This document shows positions 63,192 through 64,000 of a stretch of DNA of 64,000 bases, piece by piece. The stretch's first letter is position 1. Every line of letters begins with the position of its first letter. The notes beneath the pieces are model-generated. The model saw nothing but the letters and a program-made list of their open reading frames with translations. It ran no database searches and was not told the DNA's origin. Position numbers and translations under genes: made by a program. The DNA comes from Deltaproteobacteria bacterium (GTDB taxonomy: Bacteria; Myxococcota_A; Polyangia; Fen-1088): the NCBI GenBank assembly GCA_033763315.1, contig JANRKS010000005.1:32001-96000 (forward strand), written 5' to 3'.

Positions 63192-64000
63192 ATGTTCTCC
63201 TTTCTCAATCGGTTCTCAATCTTTGGCGCAGTGATTTTCGCTGTCGCTGCGCCACCCGTAAAAGTGCATGCGGTACCGGCCTTTCCGGGCGCTGAAGGTC
63301 ACGGGGCACGCACCCCTGGCGGTCGTGGGGGGCGTCTCATTGAAGTGACTTCCTTGGCTGATAGTGGCCCAGGCACGTTGCGCGCGGCCCTGCTGGCGAC
63401 CGGACCTCGCATTGTGGTGTTTCGTGTGGGCGGCACCATTACGCTTAAGGATCGCATCAAGGTGAACGCACCGTTTATGACCATCGCTGGACAAACGGCA
63501 CCTGGCGATGGTGTCCAGATCCGTGGCGCTGGCTTAGCGATTGGTGCAAGCGATGTCATTGTGCGCGGCCTTCGCATTCGGCCAGGCGACGACGCGGACG
63601 GCCCCGATCCGCAGATTCGAGATGGCCTCGAAATTTGGAGCCCAAATGTGATCGTCGATCATTGTTCACTTAGTTGGGCGGTGGATGAGACGGCTTCCAC
63701 CTGGTTCAACACGGTTGCCGACGTCACGTACCAATGGAACATCTTTAGCGAGGGGCTTCACGCTAGCACGCATCCCCGAGGGGCTCACAGCAAGGGCCTG
63801 CTGGTGGGTGACGGAGCCAAACGCGTTTCGCTTCATCACAACTTGTTCGCACATCAAGACGAACGAAGCCCTCACATGAAGGGCGCCACCGATACCGAAG
63901 TCATCAACAACGTTATCTACAACTGGGGCGGCTATGGCACTCACTTTGCCACGTGCCATGAAGACTACGACGATCGCTCAGGCCCCGTCCTCAGCAACAT
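63192..64000 (+). CDS. Pectate lyase (PL1-like), running off the window end
   Basis: Signal peptide, then AFPGAEGHG..GGRGG..VTSLADSGPGTLR, TIAGQTAPG, IVDHCSLSWAVDE; absent from the ORF track because there is no stop. Confidence 0.9.
   Translation, partial: MFSFLNRFSIFGAVIFAVAAPPVKVHAVPAFPGAEGHGARTPGGRGGRLIEVTSLADSGPGTLRAALLATGPRIVVFRVGGTITLKDRIKVNAPFMTIAGQTAPGDGVQIRGAGLAIGASDVIVRGLRIRPGDDADGPDPQIRDGLEIWSPNVIVDHCSLSWAVDETASTWFNTVADVTYQWNIFSEGLHASTHPRGAHSKGLLVGDGAKRVSLHHNLFAHQDERSPHMKGATDTEVINNVIYNWGGYGTHFATCHEDYDDRSGPVLSN

Overview
GC-rich bacterial window, most likely from a myxobacterium (Myxococcota/Polyangia). This rests on the DUF1552/DUF1592 genes, a MYXO-CTERM-like tail, an FHA-sigma54 activator and many Cys-lipobox + Gly-linker lipoproteins. 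A small core block (two conserved hypotheticals, CIRCE-controlled groES-groEL) is followed by about 55 kb of accessory DNA rich in gene fragments. Two structures stand out. (1) Three displaced copies of the groEL 3' region (10741-10855, 32835-33525, 35109-35271) separate cargo blocks. In their best-preserved parts they differ from the intact gene almost only at synonymous positions, suggesting repeated groEL-anchored insertion of foreign DNA with no integrase in view. (2) Three direct-repeat 11-6-11 dif/Xer-like sites (13538, 22527, 30153) sit at gene-truncating junctions, and two of them closely bracket a SWIM-DUF5691-MoxR-DUF5682-VWA operon. Other content: a di-heme cytochrome c lipoprotein family associated with DUF1552, an NTase/partner pair, a putative toxin/immunity pair, a CHAT + S8 protease pair, ECF sigma modules, a GMC oxidoreductase and carbohydrate-related lipoproteins. 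No rRNA, tRNA, CRISPR array, transposase or integrase was recognised. Family names come from remembered motifs, not database searches.
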